In this document: positions 8,432-17,012 of the stretch, one piece after another
Numbering within the stretch: the first letter of the stretch is position 1
Layout: each line of letters opens with the position of its first letter
From: Candidatus Poribacteria bacterium
Lineage (GTDB): Bacteria; Poribacteria; WGA-4E; WGA-3G
Reading direction: 5' to 3'
DNA length: 64,000 nt
NCBI GenBank assembly: GCA_009843785.1
Contig: VYCT01000369.1
Location: 3,655 to 67,654, forward strand
Notes under the pieces: model-generated
Seen by the model: only the letters and a program-made list of their open reading frames with translations
What the model was told of the DNA's origin: nothing
The model's database searches: none
Program-made: the position numbers and the translations under genes

Positions 8432-9599
8432 TATTTAGGGTTTTCACTAAAACCCTCTTAACCAACAATTCTAAAAGTTTCTCAACGTCTTCGGTGATAA
8501 CCAACGCGACCGCAAGCACAAATATCGGAAGTTCCGGGTCACCCACCAACGCTTCCAATTTTTGCTCATCTTTTTGCGTTGTGACAATTATATCCGCCTG
8601 CGCAGCTTGAAATACAGTGTCAATCCGCACGAAGTCCGCCTCAGTATAAACGTGATGATCCGGATATGCCAATAATTCTACACTTTCTGCGGAACACCGC
8701 ATGAGCGTCGTGGCAAACGCGTCTGGATTCCCTATCCCACAGACTGCAAGGATCCGTTTCCCCTCAAGTGCTTTTTCAGGATCAAGAATATTAGTTTTCT
8801 TCGTGCTTTTATCTCCTGTCAAAGGATAGACACTGACCGGTTGGTGGATACTTTCCAAAATCAGCGCATTCGGTGCTAATCGCTTCACTGTCTCTTTAGC
8901 GTGTAGCGATACGTCAGGTGTATCTGTATGTGTCAATAGGATGATGTCTGCGCGTCGGAGAGCAGTAGGTGTTTCACGTAAGGTCCCTGCGGGCAGCAAT
9001 TTCGCCGAGTTCCCGAGAGGACATCGCGTGGCGACAGTGAGAATATCAACATTACGTGCAAGCTGCCGGTGTTGGAACCCGTCATCCAGAAGTAGGACAT
9101 CTACACCAAAGCGTTTAAGCGCGACCTGTCCTGCCCGATAGCGTTGACGGCTGACAATAATCGGAATACCGCTGAGATGTTTCGCCATCATGTATGCTTC
9201 ATCGCCGCTCTCTTTTAAGGAAGCGCACACCGTTTCACCGTCCGAAACGATTGTTACCTTTTCACGCGATTGGCGCTTATAACCGCGCAACAGAATAGCG
9301 ACGCGTACCTTCTCTGCTTGAAGGTGTTTCGCAAGCGCAATAACAGCAGGTGTTTTCCCCGTTCCACCCACAACAATATTACCGACACTGATGACGCGAC
9401 ACGGCAAAGTCCGCGCTCTAAACACACCAAGGGCATAAAGTCGATTTCGTAGCCATACACTCGCACCGTATAGCCAACTGAGGGGAATTAATAGGAAGCG
9501 TATAGGGCTGAAAAGAAGGCTTTTCTGAAAGGAAGCAAGGTCGCGGGAATATGTGCGTTTCATCAGCAATTGTTCATAAGTGCCGGCAGCACGCAACAA
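8424..9599 (-). CDS. lpxK: Tetraacyldisaccharide 4'-kinase
   Basis: P-loop VISVGNIVVGGTGKTPAVIALAKHL, plus LLRGYKR and LLDDGFQH. Adjacent to lpxB. The start could be the internal MKRTY at 9563. Confidence 0.9.
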   Translation of the reverse strand: MLRAAGTYEQLLMKRTYSRDLASFQKSLLFSPIRFLLIPLSWLYGASVWLRNRLYALGVFRARTLPCRVISVGNIVVGGTGKTPAVIALAKHLQAEKVRVAILLRGYKRQSREKVTIVSDGETVCASLKESGDEAYMMAKHLSGIPIIVSRQRYRAGQVALKRFGVDVLLLDDGFQHRQLARNVDILTVATRCPLGNSAKLLPAGTLRETPTALRRADIILLTHTDTPDVSLHAKETVKRLAPNALILESIHQPVSVYPLTGDKSTKKTNILDPEKALEGKRILAVCGIGNPDAFATTLMRCSAESVELLAYPDHHVYTEADFVRIDTVFQAAQADIIVTTQKDEQKLEALVGDPELPIFVLAVALVITEDVEKLLELLVKRVLVKTLNIT

Positions 9600-9650
9600 C
9601 GGCGCGTGCGAATCTTAAGCGAAAACTGTTATCTTACCAACGGTCTGCAT

Positions 9651-10835
9651 TCACGCCTGGCGAATATTTAAAAATACTAATTCAGCAGTACGTTCAGCGG
9701 CACCGGCTGTGCCGAGCTGCGCATAAACTGCTTGAAGCGCTTCTCGTTGTGTTTCCCGTTTTTGTGGATGCTTCAGAAAATCAAGTGCCAACGCCGTCAA
9801 GGCAGTCGGTGTCAGTTCCGTCTGTAGCAGCTCCGGGACAATGTCCCGTCCAGCGATGAGATTAGGAAGTCCGCTCCGGTTTAAAGGGGTCAACGCCTTG
9901 ATGATATGCCAGTTGAATGCTGCCGTACAAAAGAGGATAATCATCGGTGCACCGATACAGGTTGCTTCAAGCGTCGCCGTGCCGGAAGTAACCAGCAGCA
10001 GGGTTGATGCCCGCATCGCTTGATAGGTCTGATTTTCCACAATCTTAATGGACGGGAGCTGTAGGGGCTGGGTTACCCAGCCCCTACACAGTTCCTGCTG
10101 GTGTTTTGCAATGAGGTCACGTGAAATACCTGGTGCTAACGGGAGAATCCAGTGCGCCTTCGGATAGACCTGAGCGATGTTCGCAGCGGCTTTTAGCATG
10201 ACTGGCAAAATGTGACGGATCTCGGAACGGCGACTCCCTGGCATCAACCCGATAACAGGTGCTTCCAGATCGTCTGCCGTTTCACATATATGAAGGCGTT
10301 CGCGTGCGGCTTGTGCACTGAGGGGTGTCTGTGCGAAATCGACGAGCGGATGTCCTACGAATTCCGCGTTCGCACCTGAGTTTCGGTAAAATTCCGCTTC
10401 AAAAGGGAAGATCGCTGCGACGACGTTTGCCCACTTTGCCAGTTTTCGGGCACGGTTCGCACGCCACGCCCACGCCTTTGGTGGAATGTAATAGACAACC
10501 GAAACACCCTGTCTCCGAGCAAATTTCGCTAACGGCATATTAAACTCAGCAAAATCTACCAGGAGGAGCACATCGGGGTGTTCCTCACGGATACGCCTTT
10601 TCAGATATGCCTGCTTGCGAAGGAACATTGGTAGGACAGTGATGACATCGGCAAAACCCATGACAGCGGAATCTCGGATGTGAAGGTCAAGTTTCACCGA
10701 TGCCGCTTCCATCTGGTCGCCGCCCATCCCGAAAAGTGTTATATCTGGACACAGTGCCTTGAGTTGCCGAGCAACATGAGAAGCGTGCAAGTCACCAGAA
10801 GGTTCCCCAGCAACAATCATAACTTTCGGAGCCAT
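9651..10835 (-). CDS. lpxB: Lipid-A-disaccharide synthase (GT19)
   Basis: N-terminal MIVAGEPSGDLHASHVARQLK and C-terminal VTSGTATLEATCIGAPMII are characteristic of LpxB. Confidence 0.9.
   Translation of the reverse strand: MAPKVMIVAGEPSGDLHASHVARQLKALCPDITLFGMGGDQMEAASVKLDLHIRDSAVMGFADVITVLPMFLRKQAYLKRRIREEHPDVLLLVDFAEFNMPLAKFARRQGVSVVYYIPPKAWAWRANRARKLAKWANVVAAIFPFEAEFYRNSGANAEFVGHPLVDFAQTPLSAQAARERLHICETADDLEAPVIGLMPGSRRSEIRHILPVMLKAAANIAQVYPKAHWILPLAPGISRDLIAKHQQELCRGWVTQPLQLPSIKIVENQTYQAMRASTLLLVTSGTATLEATCIGAPMIILFCTAAFNWHIIKALTPLNRSGLPNLIAGRDIVPELLQTELTPTALTALALDFLKHPQKRETQREALQAVYAQLGTAGAAERTAELVFLNIRQA
10061..10087. repeat. 27-bp palindrome GTAGGGGCTGGGTTACCCAGCCCCTAC inside lpxB (REP-like, in frame)
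   Basis: Read directly as 13+1+13 nt self-complementary. It is identical to 14767-14793 and is translated as (C)RGWVTQPL(Q) within LpxB. Confidence 0.9.
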
Positions 10836-10850
10836 AGTTTTCAGAGAAAG

Positions 10851-10992
10851 GGTTTTCGGTCATCCGAGTCCTGGTTTTCGGTTTTCGGTTAAGACATTGT
10901 GTTGGAAACGTTTCCTATTACTGCCACAAGAAACCTCTTTAACCGATTACTGACTACCGAAAGATTTTTTGAAAAAAATCGTACTGATAACC
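10851..10992. repeat. Heptad-periodic inverted-repeat intergenic element (copy ii)
   Basis: GTTTTCG GTTTTCG GTTAAGA (10874-10894) ... TTTAACC GATTACT GACTACC GAAAGAT (10938-10965). An AT palindrome GATTTTTTGAAAAAAATC follows. The element fills the argC-lpxB spacer. Confidence 0.8.
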
Positions 10993-10994
10993 AC

Positions 10995-12041
10995 TCACGG
11001 CATCATCCCCGGTACCTTCAGCCCATCGGTTTCATTGAAACCGAACATCAGGTTGAGATTCTGCACAACAGCACCGGCAGCACCTTTACCGAGGTTATCA
11101 ATCGCTGCCATTGCGACGACGCGGCGGGTCCGCGTATCAACTTCAAGTCCAACATCGCAATAATTACTGCCGAGCACCGCCTTTGTCTCCGGGTATGTAT
11201 TCGACGGAAGCACCCGAACAAACGGTTCATGCTCATAAAAACCTGAATAGATGCCGAGAGTTTCTTCAGTGGACATCTCCTCGGTGAGCCGCATATAGAC
11301 AGTGCTGAGAATCCCCCGCGTCATTGGAACAAGGTGTGGCGTGAACGTCACACGAACCGGGGTTTCCGATGCAACAGCACTTAATTCCTGTTCAATTTCG
11401 GGTGTATGCCGATGCGAACCGATGTTGTAGGCGACAACGTTAGACTCTCGATTCGGGTAATGTGTATTTTCACGCGGTTTCGGACCGGCACCCGAAATGC
11501 CGGATTTGGCATCAACAATGATGGAGTCCAATTCCACGATGCCTTGCGCGACTAACGGCATCGCTGCAAGTATGGCACTCGTCGGGTAACACCCCGGATT
11601 CGCTACAAGTTGGGCATCCCGAATCTTGGCACGATACCGTTCCGGCAACCCATATATCGCTTGCGGCATGAGTTCCGCGCTTGTATGTTCAGCATGGTAC
11701 CACGCTTCGTAGGTTTCGGCATCTCCGAGTCGATAGTCCGCACTGAAATCCACGACGCGCAGCCCTTGTGCCAGAATTTGTGGCACGAACGCCATCGCAA
11801 CTTTGTGCGGAACTGCAAGCACAACGACATCCACTATCTCTTTAAGGGAGTCAAGGTCTAACGGTTCAAATGCGGACGATAGAAACCCGCGGAGGTTCGG
11901 CAGGACACTCTCAATACACTGCCCCGCATAGGTTTCAGAGGTACAAAGCGCGACCTGTAACCCCCCAGAATGGTTAGCGAGAAACCGTAACAACTCACTC
12001 CCGCTATAGCCTGATGCACCAACAATCCCAACTTTTATCAT
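10995..12041 (-). CDS. argC: N-acetyl-gamma-glutamyl-phosphate reductase
   Basis: MIKVGIVGASGYSGSELLRFL Rossmann N-terminus and the active-site block NPGCYPTS. Confidence 0.9.
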   Translation of the reverse strand: MIKVGIVGASGYSGSELLRFLANHSGGLQVALCTSETYAGQCIESVLPNLRGFLSSAFEPLDLDSLKEIVDVVVLAVPHKVAMAFVPQILAQGLRVVDFSADYRLGDAETYEAWYHAEHTSAELMPQAIYGLPERYRAKIRDAQLVANPGCYPTSAILAAMPLVAQGIVELDSIIVDAKSGISGAGPKPRENTHYPNRESNVVAYNIGSHRHTPEIEQELSAVASETPVRVTFTPHLVPMTRGILSTVYMRLTEEMSTEETLGIYSGFYEHEPFVRVLPSNTYPETKAVLGSNYCDVGLEVDTRTRRVVAMAAIDNLGKGAAGAVVQNLNLMFGFNETDGLKVPGMMP

Positions 12042-12273
12042 ATTTTTAATTTACCTTGCGGAGGAACGACATGCGTCCTATCTATCACGTGCCTTTCTTA
12101 AACCCGCCCTCCACTACGTTACGGGCTTGCGTTTTTGCTTATGCCTTACTGCAGAAAACCAACCGCCACGTACCAAGTGTTATAGATTATGCAAGGAATT
12201 GTAGCACATTTCGAGTGGAATGTCAAATTATGATAGAGACATGCCATTGAACGCACGCTATTCAAGAAATAAA

Positions 12274-12302
12274 TTGACAGACCACCGTATACACGTTAAA
12301 AT
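12274..12302 (+). promoter_or_regulatory. Sigma70-type promoter TTGACA-17 nt-TAAAAT
   Basis: TTGACA at 12274-12279, a 17-nt spacer, and TAAAAT at 12297-12302. It lies about 50 nt upstream of ATG 12354. Confidence 0.6.
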
Positions 12303-12353
12303 ATGACATACCTCGGCTTGCAAACTACGCCGGAAAATCAAAAGGAGACTACT

Positions 12354-13100
12354 ATGAAATTTGCACGCTATGAATTAAATGGCACAATCGGCTACGGCAT
12401 TGTCTCAGGAGAAAATCTGAACGTCCTATCGGGATGCCCGTTTGGTGAATATAGCGAAACAGGCGATACCGTCGCATTAGCGGATGTACAACTCCTCGCA
12501 CCGACAACACCAACAAAGGTGTTGGCTGTCGGATTGAATTATCGGAGCCATTTAGATGGAGCACCGGAGCCAGAAAACCCTGAAATCTTCATCAAAACGC
12601 CTTCCTGCATCAACAACCCAGGTGGCAACATTGAATTGCCGAACGGCGATGATGACGTACACGCCGAAGGCGAACTCGTCGTCATTATGAAGAAACAGAC
12701 ACGGAAGGCAACACCTGAAGAAGCAGCCGCCAATATTTTGGGTGTGACCTGCGGCAATGATGTCAGCGCACGTACATGGCAGAGCGATGATATGCAGTGG
12801 TGGCGCGCCAAAGCATCGGATACCTTCGGACCTATCGGTCCCGTTATCGCGACTGATGTTGACTACACGGACGCACAGTTGGAGACCCGCATCAACGGCG
12901 AAGTCGTTCAGAAACAGACAACCGCAGACCTCATTTTCCCTGTAACAACCATTGTCAGTTTCATCTCACAGGCGATAACCCTGGAACCGGGAGATGCGAT
13001 CTTCACCGGTACACCCGGCACGACAACCGCTTTGAAAGCCGGTGATGTCGTCGAAATTGAGATTGAGGGTATTGGCGTTCTACAAAATAACGTCGTATAA
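12354..13100 (+). CDS. Fumarylacetoacetate hydrolase (FAH) family protein
   Basis: FAH-domain blocks KVLAVGLNYRSH, GELVVIM and FTGTPGT...GDVVEIEIEGIG. AGGAG lies 6 nt upstream of ATG 12354. The ORF-track start at 12303 abuts the -10 box and is rejected. Confidence 0.8.
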   Translation: MKFARYELNGTIGYGIVSGENLNVLSGCPFGEYSETGDTVALADVQLLAPTTPTKVLAVGLNYRSHLDGAPEPENPEIFIKTPSCINNPGGNIELPNGDDDVHAEGELVVIMKKQTRKATPEEAAANILGVTCGNDVSARTWQSDDMQWWRAKASDTFGPIGPVIATDVDYTDAQLETRINGEVVQKQTTADLIFPVTTIVSFISQAITLEPGDAIFTGTPGTTTALKAGDVVEIEIEGIGVLQNNVV

Positions 13101-13143
13101 CAGCAATTTCTGCATAGGCGCGCTCGTTTCCGACCAGTGTACT

Positions 13144-13401
13144 TTGATAAAATTTACAATTTCAGAGACTAACGCTATCACTTTCAATGAAGAGGTAACC
13201 GGAAACATCGCACTTCAAACCGAAGATGAGACTGATGTCGGTTGGATCGCAAACGTTGCTGGCACCAAAGGCACGCTTGAGTTTGTCGAAGGTAAAGAAC
13301 TCACCTACGAAACCGTTTATGTCATTGTTGGTAAAGTCTCTACTACCGATGGCACCGAAACTGAGATCAAAATCACCTTTTCAACCAAGGGTGAAGCGTA
13401 A
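13144..13401 (+). CDS. Small hypothetical protein (T/E/G-rich, beta-rich composition); start uncertain (TTG)
   Basis: This is the only open frame in the 370-nt gap. The ORF-track version starts inside the FAH gene. No ATG or clear RBS; a TTG at 13144 is the first possible start after the FAH stop. Confidence 0.25.
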   Translation: MIKFTISETNAITFNEEVTGNIALQTEDETDVGWIANVAGTKGTLEFVEGKELTYETVYVIVGKVSTTDGTETEIKITFSTKGEA

Positions 13402-13467
13402 ATTCAAATCCTGCTTTGACTCATGTTGGCGAGACTCCAAACCTTGCTGCTTCAATAAGGAGGAAAG

Positions 13468-14247
13468 ATGATTTTCACACATCTATCTCTTTTTCAAGAC
13501 AGACGAATTTTTCTGAAGACAAAATTTGCTCTTAAAATTGTTGTGTTCATACTGTGCATCGGTATAGCAACACAAACATCAGCAGAACTGCTGTTCCACG
13601 ACGACTTTGAAAAGGATAAAATCGGGAGCGAGCCAAGCAAATGGGAAGTTGGCCACGACGGCAGCACGACTGCGGAAGTCGTTGCCGATCCGAAAGACGC
13701 AAGCAATAAGGTCCTTAAAACCTCGGACAAGGCATCTAACGCATCACGGCACGATGTCGGTGGGTCCATCTACGTCGCTGGCGACAAAAACTGGGACGAT
13801 TACGTCGCTGAATGGGATATGATGTTTCCCGACGACTTTTACATGGGTGTCGTCTTTCGCTTCCAAGAGGGCGAAAAGTTCTATTTAAGCGACCGGCGGC
13901 AAGGTGGTAGAGAATACCATTTCTATAAACGCCAAGGCGGTTGGGCACAAGTCCAAGCTGGACTGGTGGAAAACGACCCCGAAGTCTGGTATCGTGCGCA
14001 GCTCATTCTTGATGGGGACAAATTTACCTTCAAGTTGAAAGAGCGGAAAGACAAGCGTTCGTTTGACAAAATCGACCCTGCGACCGAAGGTCAAGATGGA
14101 AACTTCAAAACCGGTCAGTTCGGCAACTACGGACTCGTCTATATCGATAATATCTTTGTTGGCGATTCTGTCGAAGACCTCGTTCTACCGGTCGAACCAC
14201 AGGATAAGTTAAGCACGACATGGGGTGCGATTAAGGATGCCTATTAA
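13468..14247 (+). CDS. Secreted concanavalin-A-like (LamG/DUF1080-type) domain protein
   Basis: AAGGAGG RBS and a signal-like N-terminus (FALKIVVFILCIGIATQTSA). FHDDFE...W start and NWDDY...GVVFRF...Y blocks are typical of ConA-like lectin/glucanase folds. The C-terminal tail is VEPQDKLSTTWGAIK. Confidence 0.65.
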   Translation: MIFTHLSLFQDRRIFLKTKFALKIVVFILCIGIATQTSAELLFHDDFEKDKIGSEPSKWEVGHDGSTTAEVVADPKDASNKVLKTSDKASNASRHDVGGSIYVAGDKNWDDYVAEWDMMFPDDFYMGVVFRFQEGEKFYLSDRRQGGREYHFYKRQGGWAQVQAGLVENDPEVWYRAQLILDGDKFTFKLKERKDKRSFDKIDPATEGQDGNFKTGQFGNYGLVYIDNIFVGDSVEDLVLPVEPQDKLSTTWGAIKDAY

Positions 14248-14257
14248 AGAAAAAGAT

Positions 14258-14315
14258 TGGAAGGATGGAACGGTGGAAGGATAGGTCCCCAACCTTCCAC
14301 CGTTCCATGCTTCCA
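14258..14315 (+). terminator. Long GC-rich hairpin downstream of 13468-14247
   Basis: TGGAAGGATGGAACGGTGGAAGG (14258-14280) pairs with CCTTCCACCGTTCCATGCTTCCA (14293-14315). That is 23 bp with one mismatch and a 12-nt loop. No U-tract follows. Confidence 0.5.
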
Positions 14316-14349
14316 CTTATTCGTACTGAACCGCAAGGAAAATTAAAAA

Positions 14350-15639
14350 ATGGCGACCTATACTGCCCGCGGTGGCAAAGACACCGTCATCACATCCGAC
14401 GAAAAACGCGCACTGCTACACGAAGCACTCCTCAAATTGGGCGGCATCCCGAAAAAGATTTTGGTCATCCCGCCGGATATAACACGCCTCCACTCGAACG
14501 CTGGCGAACTCACCCAAATTCTCTACGAGTTATGGGACACCGCAAACGGCACCACCTTTGATATATTGCCCGCTATCGGCACACATGCGCCGATGACCAA
14601 AGCACAGATTGCTGAAATGTACGGTGATCTATCCAAGGCGACATATCACGTCCACAACTGGCGGACCGGGTTATACCACTTCGGCGAAGTGCCATCTGAA
14701 CTCGTGCAAGAGGTTTCGGGCGGCAAGCTTGATTATAGCATACCTGTTGCCGTAAACCGCCGTATTGTAGGGGCTGGGTTACCCAGCCCCTACGAACTCA
14801 TCATCTCGGTCGGACAGGTAATCCCACACGAGGTTATCGGTATCGCCAACGGATTTAAAAACATCCTCGTCGGTGCAGGCGGGGTTGAGATGATTAACAA
14901 ATCGCACTTCCTCGGTGCCGTAGACGGCATGGAACGCCTGATGGGACGCACCGATACCTCTGTCAGGAGAGTCCTAAATTACGCGCATGCAAACTACCTA
15001 AAACAACTCGGTATTTTATATGTCATGAGCGTCATGGATGCCGATGCCTCTGGAGAACGCGTGATGCGCGGGCTTTACGTCGGCGATGATGCACAGACCT
15101 TTGAAACCGCTGCGGAATTGAGCAGAGCCGTTAATATGACGTTCTTGGACGCTCCTCTATCAAAAGTAGTCGTTTATTTGGATCCGCGGGAGTTTAAAAG
15201 CACATGGCTCGGTAACAAGGCGATCTATCGCACCCGGATGGCAATGGCGGACGACGGTGAGTTGATTATCATCGCTCCCGGACTCCGAGAGTTCGGTGAG
15301 GACGCAGAAATCGATCGTCTCATCCGAAAATACGGCTATCGGGGCACACCTGCGACCCTCAACGCTGTCTCGGAGAACCCGGAGTTGCAAGAGAACCTCT
15401 CCGCCGCTGCACACCTGATTCACGGCAGCACCGAAGGACGTTTCAAGGTTGTCTATGCGACGGAACACCTCACCCAAACCGAAATCGAATCGGTCGGCTA
15501 CCAATGGGCTCCCCTCAACGAAGTGATTGCCGAATACAACCCCGAAACGCTTACCGATGGCTTCAACGACCGTGGCTTCTTCTACATCAGCGAACCCGGA
15601 CAAGGGTTGTGGGCACTCCGCTCTCAGTTCAGTGAGTAA
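14350..15639 (+). CDS. LarA-like (DUF2088, nickel-dependent lactate racemase family) protein
   Basis: Size about 430 aa. The N-terminal pattern KILVIPPDITRLHS ... AIGTHAPM ... VGQVIPHEVIG recalls the LarA N-terminal domain. Confidence 0.6.
   Translation: MATYTARGGKDTVITSDEKRALLHEALLKLGGIPKKILVIPPDITRLHSNAGELTQILYELWDTANGTTFDILPAIGTHAPMTKAQIAEMYGDLSKATYHVHNWRTGLYHFGEVPSELVQEVSGGKLDYSIPVAVNRRIVGAGLPSPYELIISVGQVIPHEVIGIANGFKNILVGAGGVEMINKSHFLGAVDGMERLMGRTDTSVRRVLNYAHANYLKQLGILYVMSVMDADASGERVMRGLYVGDDAQTFETAAELSRAVNMTFLDAPLSKVVVYLDPREFKSTWLGNKAIYRTRMAMADDGELIIIAPGLREFGEDAEIDRLIRKYGYRGTPATLNAVSENPELQENLSAAAHLIHGSTEGRFKVVYATEHLTQTEIESVGYQWAPLNEVIAEYNPETLTDGFNDRGFFYISEPGQGLWALRSQFSE
14767..14793. 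repeat. Second copy of the 27-bp palindrome GTAGGGGCTGGGTTACCCAGCCCCTAC, inside the LarA-like gene
   Basis: Identical 27/27 to 10061-10087. Codon-aligned here and translated VGAGLPSPY. Confidence 0.9.
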
Positions 15640-15662
15640 ATTTGCCACAAGAGGAAATACAG

Positions 15663-16976
15663 ATGAACGCAGATGTCACCACTTGGGCACTTCCAGAAGG
15701 GGCGATTGCCCGATTAGGACGCGGGATAATAAGTTCGCTTGAATTTTCGCCAGATGGAAAATATCTCCTTGTCGGAACAAAGATTGGACTCTGGTGGTAT
15801 GAGCTTGCTACGATGAAACCTGTCGCGTTATGGGAAACAGAACGCGGGATGCTTTCCGCCCTTAAATTTTCATCGGCGGGTGCGCTGCTTGCTACTGGCA
15901 ATTCGGACGGTGAGATTAAAATTTGGGATGTGCAGAATCATCGTTGTCTTGCAAAAATGCAACGGATGGGTCGATTTGACCGAGTTACTGCGCTCGTTTT
16001 TTCACCCGATGGGCAATGCTTAGCCTCTTCTGGCGGAAGATACGATGCCGTTTACGTCTGGAATATCGAAACCGGTGAACAGATCGCAAAGTTCACCGTT
16101 GACGAAGAACTGAAGCCCCGTTATCGCCCTCCTGCTATTCCTCTTGCTTTTTCTCCAGACGGAAGGACCCTCATAGGCGGAACCCCCGAAAGTACCTTTT
16201 CAGTCTGGGATATCGAAACAGGCGAGCGTCGTGCGCACCTCACCGGACATTCGGCTCTGGTGATTTACCTGCTTCTTTCACCGTGCGGCGAGTTCCTAAC
16301 CTCGGTGGATTGGGATGGCGGTCTCCACAAGTGGGAAGTCGACAAACTCACCACTAAAGACCCACAACCTCTTATCACGTCAATGCCAGAGGCGACAAGA
16401 TTAGTGCTGTACACCTATTCAGCTGACGGCATTTTACTTGCTGCGATGGCCTCTGGAGCGACTCTTACCGTTTGGGATGTGGAACGTAGCAGAAAGGTAG
16501 CAACCTTAACGTATAAAGAAACGGTTCGGAGATTCCATTTTTCACAGACGGGTTCGCAGTTAGTTATTGGCGGTACAGATACAATAATGCAAGCTTGGAA
16601 CATTGGGGATCCCGCGCCTCAACCGCCTGCTATCCGGGGTCACCATTCTGTGTGCGGTTCCGTAAAATTCTCACCGGATGGGCAGACACTGGCTGCAGGA
16701 TATTGGTCAGGTGAGGTTCATTTACGGGACGTTCAGGAATTAAAACTGCAAACAACATTCAGGTGTGAAAGTCGTGAGGCGATCCGCTCTATTGATTTTT
16801 CACCGTGTGGCAACAAATTGGCAGCCACCTCTCATGATAAGATTGTGAGAGTCTGGAATCTTGAAGAACCAAAAGCACCACCGGCTGAACTCACAGGACA
16901 TCAAGCGTCCCTTTTTGCCCTCGCGTTTTCTTCAAAAGGGGACCTACTGGTGAGCGCGGATGCTAACGGTGTTTGA
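15663..16976 (+). CDS. WD40-repeat protein, N-terminal part (ends at an in-frame TGA)
   Basis: Repeated x-D-G-x-hydrophobic-x-hydrophobic-W-[DN] units (DGEIKIWDV, AVYVWNI, FSVWDI, LTVWDV, IVRVWNL). ATG 15663 has a GAGGA RBS 7 nt upstream. Confidence 0.8.
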   Translation: MNADVTTWALPEGAIARLGRGIISSLEFSPDGKYLLVGTKIGLWWYELATMKPVALWETERGMLSALKFSSAGALLATGNSDGEIKIWDVQNHRCLAKMQRMGRFDRVTALVFSPDGQCLASSGGRYDAVYVWNIETGEQIAKFTVDEELKPRYRPPAIPLAFSPDGRTLIGGTPESTFSVWDIETGERRAHLTGHSALVIYLLLSPCGEFLTSVDWDGGLHKWEVDKLTTKDPQPLITSMPEATRLVLYTYSADGILLAAMASGATLTVWDVERSRKVATLTYKETVRRFHFSQTGSQLVIGGTDTIMQAWNIGDPAPQPPAIRGHHSVCGSVKFSPDGQTLAAGYWSGEVHLRDVQELKLQTTFRCESREAIRSIDFSPCGNKLAATSHDKIVRVWNLEEPKAPPAELTGHQASLFALAFSSKGDLLVSADANGV

Positions 16977-17012
16977 GGCGTATGGGATGTCGAACACAAT
17001 TATGAACTCCAA

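Noticed and set aside
14265-14561. The 98-aa ORF MERWKDRSPTFHRS...
   Set aside because: Its 5' part is just the translation of the 23-bp hairpin arms. The rest overlaps the well-supported LarA-like gene in another frame, and the composition is Arg/His/Pro-rich.
16974-16976. Whether the in-frame TGA in the WD40 gene signals an alternative genetic code (TGA read as Trp or Gly)
   Set aside because: TGA terminates several well-supported genes here at positions matching full-length homolog ends (for example 5875-5877, 8429-8431 and 60977-60979). No other gene shows internal TGA codons.
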